A DNA stretch of 63,811 bases, counting the filler, from Reticulomyxa filosa (taxonomy: Eukaryota > Protista > Foraminifera): the NCBI GenBank assembly GCA_000512085.1. It is 14 parts of 14 records of this genome, joined end to end, with 100 filler letters (N's around TTAATTAATTAA, not from the genome) between each part and the next. Parts side by side here need not be neighbours in the genome. Positions count along the whole stretch, not along the records: positions 5,730 to 27,638 come from ASPP01004852.1; 13 more parts are not named here. One strand, written 5' to 3'. Shown one piece after another: positions 11,335-24,000 of the stretch; position 1 is the first letter of the stretch, and each line of letters opens with the position of its first letter. The position numbers were made by a program, and so were the translations under genes. Under the pieces are notes generated by a model. The model saw only the letters and a list, made by a program, of their open reading frames with translations. It was not told where the DNA came from and did not search any database.

Positions 11335-12926
11335 TCAACACAAAAGCTTATACAATTGAAATACTCGTTTGAGTTCAAATGAATTTGAGCTATTTTTTTC
11401 AGTTGGTGCAACTCGTAGCAACACCACCTCCTCGGAGTCATCAATGGTTTTGACAAATAAGGATTGAATGGTGCCATTGACTACAACTCCATTTTTTTTC
11501 ATAAAGCGTACTTTGTCATTTTTCAAAAAGCACATCCCTCGTTTTATTGTCAACAGCCCACTCTTGGGATGAATAGTGACCTTGTGTTTATTATCAATAA
11601 CACAACATTGGCAATAATATAGTGACGATTGTAAAAACTGATTGTCGAGTTTGGCAATGCATTCCAGCGGAAGTGCATTGCGTTTCAAAAGGAATAGTAG
11701 ATGAATAAGATGAGCCATCCATATTTCGTCAAACAAGTGATAAAAATTACGAATGACCTGTTCTTTGGTTGTTTCAGGGCCCATAAAGTCAGGGTCATTG
11801 CTGACACGAAAGTACGCACCGCAAATGAAGCATTTATGTGTGTTAGTACTTTGTAGATCAATCAGAATTGGACATATTTTGCTTTCCAAGCATTCCTATT
11901 CAAACACGAAGAAGAAAGATGTATGCACATTTGATGCTGTGATTGTGATGTACAAGACAAAAAGAAAGTGCATTGAACTAAGGCTGCAAAAGAGCTATTG
12001 ACGATACAAAAAACATTGCAAGGTCCGCCACAAAAAGTGCGAGTGAGTGCCTGTTTATACAATTGTCTGTAAGGAAACTCAAAGCATGTGATATTGGGAC
12101 TGCAAATGCAATGCAACGACAGTCCATTCAAACCGAATTCGGTTAATATCGTATTGAGTGTCGATCGACTGTCTTTGTGAATAAAGGCTACGTTCCAACG
12201 CATGTTTGATTGTTTCAACGTTTTCAAAAACAGACGCATTTGATTGTGCAATTTCAATTCAAACGCAAAACTCTGTTTGAATAATTCATCTTTGAGATTT
12301 AACAGCTCGGACTTTATTTCATTTCGCTTCAAATCGCTCAGAGTGTTCATGCGATTGCATAAAAACTCACTTATTATTTTGTCGCAAATGTCTTCTTCCA
12401 AATATAAAGAAATCGAATGTATGCCTTCGAAATAGAGCCCGATGTCTTTGATCATTTTGTCTTGATCTTTCTCGCCCTTTTTGCACATGTAATGTTTCAC
12501 AGTCGCTATCCACAACTGATTCAGTATTGCGTCGTAGTTACTAAACAGAACATTGGTGTGAATAAACATCCATTTTTTCGTTTCGTTATCTTCGCCAGTC
12601 CCTCCTTCACTTTTTGTCTGCTCTGTCAGTAGCAGTGGTTGTTCGCAACTGTGTCTTATTGGGTCCAATCCTTTGTCCAACTTTCCACCTACTTTGTCCA
12701 CATTTAGTCTTCTTCTTTTCCTCAAAAATGTTAGTGATGGATCTTCCAGTAAGGATTTTTCAAAGCTGTTCGTGTCTAACTCTGTCTGTCCTACACGTCC
12801 CATATACGAGAATATTGAAGTGTTATCATTATTCACCAATTTGTGCAGATCGGTGAGGGCGTCAAATAAAGCTGATGGATTTGAATCACTTGTTGAAAGT
12901 TCATTTGAAAACATTGTTCTTTGCAC
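11335..12926 (-). CDS. Hypothetical protein with a probable degenerate HAD-like domain, two exons
   Basis: Intron 11896-11978 (GTTCAA...GAATAG) joins SFAAL/ECLESKICPIL. Pattern PYRQLYKQAL..GPCNVFCIVNSSFAALECLESKICPILI resembles HAD motifs III/IV. Confidence 0.7.
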
Positions 12927-13318
12927 TTTTTTCTACATACTTATTTCTTTAAGACCGCGCTTAGTTGTATTGTACAAGCAAATCAGAAATTTTACATAAG
13001 TAGGCCGAGCAAAAGCGAATAATACATTTTCAATAAAATAAACTTACAGCTCACCCAATAAATAAGCAAATGAAGAGATTAGCCGTTTAAAAGTGTCACC
13101 AAGTGTTTTCACAAATAAACAACGTGATCAGTTTTCTTTTTGGCCTTAACAAGTGGGCGGGTGAAAAGGTAGTTTTGAACTGTTTTGTTTGTTTTTTTTT
13201 GCCGTTTTGAACCGATTACTACATCCTAATTTTGAGCTGTCTTTGAGGTATAAAGTTAGATATTCACATAATAAAGCGTAACAATATAATTTGATTGTAT
13301 TATTTTTTTGTAGTGTTG

Positions 13319-14015
13319 ATGCAGAGAGTGAACACAAGTCCGAGTGTAAAACAAGAAATTGAAAAAGCAACATCAGGAGAAGTTTCAAGTGAGACAATCT
13401 GTCTTTTCATTTGTATTCATATTTTTTATTTTAGTGTTTGTTCATTGTACGTCTATTTATTCTCGCTCTTTTATTTTTTGGTGTATGAAACAATAAAACA
13501 CAGATGAAAAAGTAAAAGTAATTTCTCGGAATCAAATTATATTAAACTTACATCGCAAACGTATTCACAAAAGAAACAATAAAACAAAAAATGCAAATAT
13601 ATTATTGATATCTCCAAAAATTGCAGTTACACACTTTACACTCTTTTTTATCTTCATATCATGCCTATCGTAAAAATATCGAATTATATCATTTTATTGT
13701 ACTCTCCTGTCGGGACAAAACAAAGGCTTTAAAGAGCAGTTCGGATTGGAACGACTGGGTTGACATTCGAACAGAAGTTAATAGCTATTGTATTTTTTTG
13801 GAGTGTGTTGTGCGTCGCTGCTTTTTTCCTTCGATTTTAAAAAAATGTACTATAGGCTGACATTAATGTTATTTTTATGTTTGACTTTTGTCTTCAATAT
13901 ACAAATAATAAAGCAATTGTTTGAAGAAGAATCTCGTCGCGCGAAGAAATTTTCGACTCAGCAAGGCACGAAATTGTGTGTCAAAAATTACCAACTGCTA
14001 AACTCGTATTTTTAA
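13319..14015 (+). CDS. Possible small multi-exon gene or remnant
   Basis: Coding-like islands (MQRVNTSPSVKQEIEKATSGE; SSDWNDWVDIRTE; KQLFEEESRRAKKFSTQQG) separated by AT-rich intron-like sequence. Exon joins not resolved. Confidence 0.3.
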
Positions 14016-15177
14016 ATGTTCAAAAAAAAATGTACAAAAAAAAAGAACCATAAAAAAAGCTCTTTTGTAGTTTTTATCGATGCACTTACGAAAAAAATAC
14101 GAAATTAGGATAATCACGTTAAAAAGTTTAGTTTTGGACATTGGCAATTGTGCTTATTGTCTTTTTTTTCCCAAAAAACTCTAGTGTTGCTATATTTGAG
14201 TAAAACGATGATTGGTAGGATATGGAAGCTCTTCATGGTGATTGACCATTTTCCATTCTTTGGACCAATTAGAGTCATTGTTGTTGTTTGAATGTTTTTG
14301 TTTTTTGCATCGCTCCTGTTTCATGTTTCTGTGTATTTGTACGTTCTGGTTGATTTTTTGTCTCTTAAAAATTGAAGATATTATTAAGATATAATGTTTT
14401 TGTTTTTGCAGCTATCTCCTTTTGCTTGGTTATTTTTTAATTGTTTTTTATTATTGTCGTTATTCTTATTCTTCGTCTCTTCTTTTCAGGTTTGATTTTT
14501 GCTCGCCACTTTTGTTTGCACGTTCATTGTATTGACTTAGATTTCGTCGTATCTTTTGATTTTTTCTCAGTTGCTTTTCAGGGCGAAATTGCCACCAAAA
14601 TTAGGTCGAAGCGAATCAACCACTTCAATCTCTTTAACAAAATATTTTTTCATTCGGAACTTACGAAGAAAATTTATTCAAAAACAATTTTGACGATTTT
14701 TTTTATCCTTTTTGCTTCGTGTGAAACATTTCATATTGCCATACATACCTATTTTTCAAGTTCATGATGTTCGATTAAAACAGGTTGAATTACTGTTTTT
14801 TAAATGGCTTTGTGATAATATTTCCTAAATATTTGTTGTACATATCGTGATACCCACTATTAAGATGCAATAACTCTATCTAAGTTGATGTAGATCGTTA
14901 ATTTTATGTTTTTTGTTCTTTAATCTTCTTTGGGTTGACTTGTTAATTTGAATAAGCAACTTGCGAAGTAGAAGAAAAATAGTACACAATAAAATCAGCC
15001 AAGCAAAGCAACAGAGTATCTTCACTTTTTCAAGTGTAAGAATAGCTAATTTGTAAACAAAAGTGCACTTAGTATTTTCGGCTATTGAGTAAATCCATTA
15101 AAAATATATACAGACTTAACAAAAGAGCTGTATAAAAAACTTCCTTTTTCGAATTGAAGGTGCTGTCAACCTACATC

Positions 15178-17470
15178 ATGGCAGAACAAGAGACAACTGT
15201 CCCTTTGGCTTTATCTGTTCAAATTTTGGAAATACAAAAGCCAACTGATTTGAAAAAAGACCAAAATCTAGTTTAGGCCTTCGAAGCCACTTTTGCTTTG
15301 TTTTTTAATGCAAACAAATAAAAAAAGCAATAAATATATGTGAGATGTATGTAATATGAATGAATAAAATGATGGGAAAAAAAAGAGCTGTAAAATTCAT
15401 GTGACAAGCAGTCGGGGGAGTTGGGAATTGACCAAATATTTCAAAGAAATTGAGATATTCCACGCCAATTTGATTGTGAATGAACAATATCGTGGAGTGT
15501 CATTGCCGCAATTACCAAACCGAAAGTTTTGAAGACGAAGAGTGAGAAGCAGAGCAAATAGGGGAGGTGTTTGGTGACATGTAAAAAGAGGATTTTTTTT
15601 TTAAAAAAAGGGTCGGTTCGTTTCAAGGAAGTATGGAAGATTATGTAAAAATAAAAACAGAAGAATACAAAACTTATTTTAATGGTGTTTTCCGAAGGAC
15701 TATTTTATTGGGTGGCAAAGATGTTCAAGAATTTGGCCAATTTCCATCCGACGTGAGAAGAGCAGCTGATCACATTGCACAACATGAGGTCCCTTTTTTG
15801 TTTGTGTCCCTCTATTGATGTATACATCTATGCCATCTCCACCGTTACAATCAAACATAGCGCATTCCATTGCGATCGGGCCAAATGAAAAAAGAAGGCG
15901 AAAAGTTCAAAGCATACCGAAATAGGTATTAGTTTCATTTTGTGTGATTGAAAAAAAAAAGGACAAGCGTTTGGCAATTGCAAAACTAACAAATAAAGAT
16001 ACTTTGTATTGCTGCCCAGTTATTTGTTGCAATATTTTGAGAGCAAAGATGCGTATCAGATTGGTCTCTCTCCGAAAGGTTGTATTGATCTGACATCAAC
16101 AAGGTCTTTGCTAATATATGAGGGCAGCGACACTCTCCAATACGCCTTTGGAATTAAAACACCAAAGCGAACGTGGAAGTTGCAATGTGACAACGAATTG
16201 GACAAAGCAGAATGGGTCAGTACGCTTCGCAAATTGCTTGAATCAGGTTTGTCCCCGATTTTTTCCGCAGTGCCACTTGCACGACACATAATAATATACG
16301 TAACAATAAATGCAAACTCTATCAATTATATACAATTCCGATGTATATTTTTTTGTTAAAACAAAAAAAGAAAAAAATGGATATGTGCCTGAGTACACAA
16401 AGAGTGATAAAGATTCGACTGCATTGCCAGTCCAACAAACCGTGAAAATTGAAAATCAACAAGTCGAGCCGGTAATTTTAAAAAAAAACATAGAAAGGTT
16501 CATATTGTTTTGGATTCACAATTGGAAAAAAAAAAAAAAGCCAGGACCTTTGAAGGAGCAACGACAAGTAGCAACGAGTCAGGCAAATAATCATTTGGAA
16601 AAATTACAACAAGAATTGGACAAATTACAAACCACGTCCGATATAGAGAAAAATCAAATTCGCAGTGAATTGACCGAGTATCACAAAAAACAATTGGAAA
16701 TCCAACAAGAAAAAATTCTGCAATTTAAAGAGCAAATCGAATTGATTACATCGGAAATGGCGCAGTTGGAAATGAAGCGAAACGAAGTGGACGCAGAATA
16801 TGAAAAGAAGATCTCCGAGTTGCAAAGTGAAAATGAACGCTTGGCCGATAATTTGGAAACAACCAAACAGCGATTGGAAGCACAATTGACACTTAAAATG
16901 GAAATAATCGAGGAATTAGAGGGAAGAAACGAAAAATTAGAAGCGACAAATGAAAAGTTAAGGACACATGTGCACACACACAAACACAACAAGACATTGA
17001 TTTGAACGATTGTGATGCAACAACAAAGATTGCAACAGGAGCTGGAAGAGCGCAAGGAAATTTCGTTGTGTATGGAAGGAGAGCTATTCAAATTTATTGG
17101 TGACACGGAAGCCAATTTAAAATTGAAAAAACAGCCGCAAAAAAAAACATGTGGTTTTCATTGCCAATTCCAAACATATCATGTGGTTTGATGCACCAGA
17201 CAAAGGCAAAATGAGTTCGGATTTTCTATGTCCACTCCACGTTCACTGTTTATTTTAACAATCAATACTGTTGTGTTTTGGCAAATTCAATATATAGTGC
17301 TGGTTCAGAAAGTTGAGGTCATGGACGAAAATGTCAACAATACAATCGGAAAAGAATATCCTCATTGGTTCAAAGTCGTTGGACATGATAGAATTGCCTT
17401 GTTTGTTACCGGTGACGAAAAGACAAAGAATCAATGGATCGCACTGTTTAATAAGTCTTTGCCAAAATAA
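15178..17470 (+). CDS. PH domain / coiled-coil / PH domain protein, multi-exon
   Basis: RSGQMKKEGEKFKAYRNR/YFVLLPSYLLQYF..PKGCIDL..FGIKTPKRTWKLQCDNELDKAEWVSTLRK is a canonical PH domain. Heptad-rich region 16560-17060. Second PH-like segment ends ..TGDEKTKNQWIALF. Confidence 0.85.
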
Positions 17471-17772
17471 ATTTCCTTCACAAAAAATGTGGTGATTGTT
17501 GTTGTGAATTTTAACGATCAAGTTGTTATACACTACCTTATCTTTGCTTTGGAACAAAAAATATCAATGAGGTCATGGTGTTTGTTTAAGTTAATTTTTT
17601 CCACGATTAAAATAAATCTATCATTTTTCTTTAACAACACATTTTTATTTTTTAAAAAGATAAATACTGCTTGATTACAATTTTTCGATCGTAAACAAAT
17701 TGACAAGGGGAGAACGAAAGGGAAGTGTTCTAAATTCGAAAAAGTAAAACAGTTACATTTAATAAAATAATC

Positions 17773-19972
17773 ATGTCAGTGAAAAAGATAATAGTAGTTG
17801 GTGATGTTTGCGGGAATTTTGAATTTATGTTTAGTCGTATTAATATGATCAACAACAAACAGGGTCCATTTGATATTGTGTTTTGTGTCGGAAATTTTTT
17901 TGGCACAAACGGCAGCAAAAATCTGGAACCCTATTTGAAGAACGATAACGACCATGTGATAAGTGTGCCGACGTACTTTATAACCTCGGATGACGAGGAT
18001 ACAAAATGGATTGACAAAATGGAGGATAGTAAAGGCAAGGAAGAGTCAGTGGAAGTGTGTAAGAATTTGTATTATTTGGGGAGATACGGCGTGCAAACGA
18101 TCAAAGGATTAAATGTAGCCTATTTAAGTGGTGTGTACGACTCACTTCACTTTTCCACCAAACCAGAACAAGACGAAACAAACAGAGTGTATCGCAAATA
18201 CTACAGTACATATGACATCAAACATCTGTCTTGTGACCGCGTGGATGTGTTGTTGACAAGTGAGTGGGGGAGAGGATTTTACCACGCCATCGCGCACGGA
18301 TTGGATAAAAGCTCGTCCCTCTTACCGTACTCGATCCACGACTTTGTGGGCATAGGTTCGCCGGTGGTCAGCAAGTTGGCATGCAGATGCGCCCCGCAAT
18401 ACCACTTTGCAGGCGACGCGCATCATCGCAACACATTTTTGCAACTAATGCCGTACCGCAACGAGCGTGCCAATTCAACGACAACAGCAGCAATAACAAC
18501 AGCAACAGCAGCAATAACAACAGCAACAGCAGCAATAACAACAGCAACAGCAACAGTAACAACAATAGCGCCGACAACGCTGACACGCTTCATTGCACTG
18601 GCACCTGTGGGCAAAGAGCAAAAGAGCAAGTACTTGTACGCGTGCAATATAACCTTGGCGTCGACTGCGAACGACGAAAAAAGCAAGGACGTCGGACTCG
18701 TGGCGAGTACTCCTTGTCCATACAATCTGCCCTATGTGAACTTGAACGCAAACGACCCGAATAAGCGAAGGAAGTCGAGCGACGGTCGGACGTCGATAAC
18801 ATCGAGTGCGGGGGCCGACGACATGGACTCCAAAAGCACGTCCGGACAAGACCACGACGAACCCGAGTTGAAACGAGTCATTCACAAACGCAAGTTTGAA
18901 CAAATGGTGGAAAATGAAAGCGGAAAGTCGTCCATGGTCAATGTGCGCTGGACGACACACCGTCCGAATGGACCTCCGCCCGCAAATTATGTCTGCTACA
19001 AATGTGGAGTGCCTGGACATTATATTCAGGAATGTTCCAAATACAAACCCAGCGAAGGAAAGAGTGGTATGCAAACAACACGTATACACACATACATACA
19101 TAATTAGGTTGATGCTTTTGTCTTAACGCAAACGTGAACAGTGGACACGGCGTTGCCCGGAGGAAATCGCGATGATTATTTTTTTGAGAGATTTGGTGGC
19201 CGTCGTGCCATGAAACGCGCCAAAAAGTCGGGCGGAGAGTGCTGGTTTTGTTTGGGATCGAACAAGTTAGAAGGACATATGATCGTGAGTGTGGGGGAAA
19301 ATACATACTTGGCTTTGGCCAAAGGACCTCTCGTAGAGGATCACATCTTAATTGTCCCCATTCACCATCTTCCAAATAGTATGAAATTCACTCCTGGTGT
19401 TCGTCGCGAAATTGAAAAGTACTTGCTGTGCTTGGAAAAGTGTTACGAAAAAGAACAAAAGCGATTGCTCATCTGCGATCGAAATCTACAAACCAAGTAT
19501 GCTTCACAACACGGATATTTGGAAATTGTCGCCGTTGAAAAAAATAAACTGGACAATCTCGAAGATATCTTAACAAAAGAAGCCGTCAAAGAATCTATTG
19601 AATTCCAAAAAATTACCAAAGATGCCAACCTTGCCTCAGTTTTGCCTTGCTTTTACTTTTGTCGGCTATTGCTTTTTAATAAATTTTAATCGCAAATGTT
19701 TGTACCATTTGTTTATTTTGACATAGTATGTTGGAGCATTCGGACATCTGGTATTGCATGAAAGAGGAGGTGAACGCTATGTTCACAGTGTACAATCTGC
19801 CCTCAAACACATTCCATTAAATTTTCTGAGACGGGTCATCGCCATACAAATTGGTTGTCCCGAAAAAGCAGAGTGGACTGCTTGCATTCAAGATGTTGCT
19901 GATGAAAGTAACTTGACTAGCAAGTTGAAAGAAAAGTTTAAGCCTTATGATTGGACGCTGCGAAACAAATAA
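17773..19972 (+). CDS. CWF19L1: CWF19-like protein 1 (Drn1; lariat-debranching cofactor)
   Basis: N-terminal pseudo-metallophosphatase (VVGDVCG, GPFDIVFCVGNFF, VDVLLTSEW, GSPVVSKLA..PQYHF, PYRN..TRFIALA). C-terminal CwfJ domain (CWFCLGS..HMIVSVG..YLALAKGPLVEDHILIVPIHH; FKPYDWT). Confidence 0.9.
18478..18582 (+). repeat. Coding 21-nt tandem repeat (TTATAAI)n inside CWF19L1
   Basis: ACAACAGCAACAGCAGCAATA units, in frame. Confidence 0.85.
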
Positions 19973-21054
19973 TGTGTTTTTTTACTCTAACTTCTGTTTT
20001 CTACGTTCTCACTCAAGATTTTTTCTTTTTGAATGGAGCGATTACAATATTCACAATGTGGAACAACAAAATTAGATTGGCTATTTACAACACACAAGTA
20101 ACGACTTCAAATTTTCACGTTGAAACAATTCCTATATGTTTCAATGTTTTCAGAAAGTTGGCTGCTTATAAATTTTAAAGGATCCAAACAAATCGTTGTT
20201 ACATTTTTTTTGATTTTACGTTATTTCTATTATTTTAAAAACAACTCTTTCTTTAAAAAATAAAGCACTCCAAATTATCCAAACAGTTTTGTGATTAGCT
20301 GCAAAAAAATTATAAAGCAAAATATTTTCGTAATCAAACATTTTTCACGGAAACTGAAATAAGCACAATGAACAAACTTACTGAGTTATTGTTTTTTGAA
20401 AGGTCCTTGCAAATATTAGTACTTTAATTTCTTTTTTATTTATGAATTGTGGGGAGTTGGTAAATGCTCTTATTGAGACCAGTTTTTAATAAAATTGAAT
20501 AAAAGAAGTGAAGAAGTTACTCTCTATAATAAGGTCTTGCTCTACAACGTTATTATTTTTTACTTTTTTGTTTTTCTTTTAGCTTGTGAATATAGAGCTT
20601 TTTTGTTTTAGTATCATTTTGATTTTATTACACTAATCCCAGCTGGGATCAAAGAAACGATTTTACAAGTAAACTTCTTCAGATTTCATTTTCAAAAATT
20701 GCTGTTGTTCATTTGTTTGAAATTTTTCAATTTTGTAATTCAAAATTTTTCTGTTAAGACTACAAATGCTTCCGCTTGAGTTACAAAAAATAAAAAAACC
20801 AGAACGATAATTCATATTTTTACAAAAAAATTACAACTTTATGACACCATCTTTAGTGCATTTGACGTTTGCTGCTCTTTTTGAAACTTTGCTCTCAAAA
20901 TCGTGCTTCATTTCATTCAAGAGAGAAAAAAAACAACGACAAACAAGCAATCAATACACACATTCCAGATCATTCACAAATCAATCAAAAATATATCTTT
21001 TTCTTAAAAAAAAATTCAATAACATCACGCGCAATTGCAAATAAAAAAAATATT

Positions 21055-24000
21055 TCAATCCGAACTAAGCCATCCGAGCCACCCTTTTTGTTTGTTATGT
21101 GTATGTGGCTGATTATTCTTATTGTGGTTGCTTGATTGCAATGCAGAGTCTGAAGAGGACGGTTCTTCGTGAATTGCTTTAACAGATTGCCAGATAGTTT
21201 CGACTTCAATAGTTACAAGTAATTGTCCTCTTTTTTGACCAAGTTCGTTTCCTTGTTCATCCAATAAATGAATCCATCTATTCTCGATATTTTCTTGGTT
21301 GATATTCATTTTAAGTTTGTGTTGCCCAACAAAATCATTGCTTGATGCTGGATCCCAGTCCATGACTTCAAATCTTATGAAGAATCCAGCTGTCCAAATT
21401 ATAGTATATACAAAAAAAAGTAATTTATTTAGAATGATATAAATTGAACGTGGAAGGACTTAACATGCTTTTTTAATGGCACGTAATACATTTTCACTTA
21501 AATCAAAGTCCAATGCTTGCTTCCATGTTGGATTCAAGGCCCGCCTCATTACTCTTGTAGATTTGGTGATTCCATGAATAGTCACTTCAACATCTGTTCC
21601 ACCGAACGAATGGAGCAAACACACACATTTTCAAATATAAGTATAAGTATTGGACAGAGAGTAGATGTAACAAGGATCCGCCATTTGGCTGGGATTGGTA
21701 ACAACTAGATTTTTGCCAGCGTGGATAATAACTCTTAATACGCCATTCATATTATGAAGATCGATCAACTTTTACATACGCCACATACAAATATATAATA
21801 TATACATGTATGTAATACCAAAAAAAAAAAAATTTAAACTCAACTAAAGGTTGATTTTTATCACGATATTGGACAAAGTTTTCTACATAAGATTGTGCTT
21901 CCTCATTTGCTCTATGTGTGAGTACGTGCAAAACGGGATGATCATGAATACGTCGTAGACGTTGTCTTTGTCGGACAAGTTTGTCCGCCAAATTAACCAG
22001 CGAAAAGAGTTTCATTTGCTCTTGTTTTTTGCCATATTTGGGATCTTTCAGTTGTTCTTTGATCTTTTCGGTCTCTTTTTGTTCTTTTTCCAATTCCAGT
22101 TGGTCCTCCTTCTCTGATCTCTCAGTCATAAGCAGGACATGTTGATGGAATAATTCGCTATTGGAAGTCTTCATCAATTCCAAAACATCGTAATACAAAT
22201 GCAAAGGATGGTTTTCATCTATTAATGGAAGCTTTTCCTTGTCAAAGTCCGCAGCATTGAAACTTGTAAACAAGTCCAATAATTCGTCAAAATCTTTGGT
22301 AATTATCAAATTGTCTTGTGCTCGGAACAACCGAGGCGTACGTCCGATTAATGCCTCACGCATTCTTTTGCTGAGCAGCCTGCCTAAGCCACACGATACC
22401 AATCGAAATTCTTTCCATCGCAAACAATCATCGCATTTTGCCAAATATCCAAGCAATTTCTCCAATAACCCCAATGACATTACTGTTGTCGTATCCACTT
22501 TGCCGGTTTGGTACAGCTCAAACGAAAAGTAATATTGATTTTGAACATCGAGGAATTGAACCGCCATATTCGCTGCTGCTCGTTCCAACGAAGAGTGGAT
22601 CAACTCTTTCGATTCCGTTACAAACACATACGCTGACTCTATCAGTCCTAAGTGATAATCCTCATACGTTTCTTTCGAGTGCTGTTATCAATATCAATAT
22701 AAAATAAATATATATTTATATGTATATAAATTATTCTTTTTTTTAAAAAATTCAAACTGGTTGTTTTGGTTCTTCTTGATCTTGCAAATACTGAAGCAAT
22801 TTATCTCCAAACTCGGTTACAATATCGAGTATTCTCGCAATGCTTGATAGTTTCACACACGCGTGCCTCAGTTCCCTCTTAAATATCGCCTCTTCAAGCA
22901 AATGCCTGTTATTCCATGTGTTGGATTATTTATTGAATGCAAAAAAAAAAAAAAATTGTATGTTACATGTCTTCATTGGCTTCCAAGTTGTCAATGTTTT
23001 TGATCACGCTCGATATGTCTTCTACTGCTACATCATCAATAGTTTGCTCAAGCAATTTGACACCATCTTGCAATGTTTGCATATTGGAAAATATCACCTC
23101 GTAGTCTTTGTAGCTTGGCTCTCTTGTCGTTATGTGATTGTTCTGCTTGCCATCGTGTAGCTCTTCTTCAAAAGGCTATCCATTTCATTTTTGTTCATGA
23201 GTAAACAAAAAATAAATAAACAAATGAAAATGAAAATGAAGATACCGGTATTCGATATCTGGGACTAGTGGAAGAGGATGTGCCAGTACCCTTAATATCA
23301 CACACACACATGCACACACAAATAAACAATTGTGAGAATTGAAAAATGAAAAATACAAATTGAAAAAGGACGACATACGGCAAAATCAGTAAATGAAGTA
23401 TTGGTAATCTTCAACAGATATTTGATCAACAAAAGCAATTGCTGATAAAATTGAGATGCGGTTTCCATGGCTTCAGGTGGGAAGGATCTAATGTTTGCAA
23501 AATATGCATCCATTTCACTGTCAATAAACGAAGAGGAATCTGTAATCAGATCTGCCCAAGTAATCTTGTGATTGTCGTCTTCTGAGTTTCGTGCTGCTTG
23601 ACGCGCCGTGCGATCGCGCAAATGGATTTCATCCATTTCAGCGTTCTCCATTTCTTCGTGTCTTTCGTTTTGAGCTCGTTTTTGCTCGATTTCTTCTTCG
23701 ACTTTTGTCACATCTCTTGTCACTGGGGACTCCCATTTTTCCGTTTTTGCCGCCTTTTCAACGGCGTCTCCGCAACGCTGAAGTGACTTTTTCAGCCAAT
23801 TTTGCAAACGACTTGTCACTTCCATTTGCACAAAACTGAACACTTGATCCACTTTCTGATACGCTCCCGATTCGCCAATTTGCTTTAGTTCATCCACATA
23901 CACATCGTCACGGGTCATTATTTCCTCAATTCGTACTTGATGCAGGTTGTTCAACGGCTCCGGTGATGCCATTCGCTTCTTCTTGTTTTCTTTTGGCATA

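Noticed and set aside
11862-11990. Programmed frameshift between overlapping ORFs (also at 2397-2475 and 4034-4088)
   Set aside because: Each is explained by a GT-AG intron that restores the frame.
14200-14770. Coding-like minus-strand segment
   Set aside because: Stops in all frames and no recognisable motif; at most an unidentifiable remnant.
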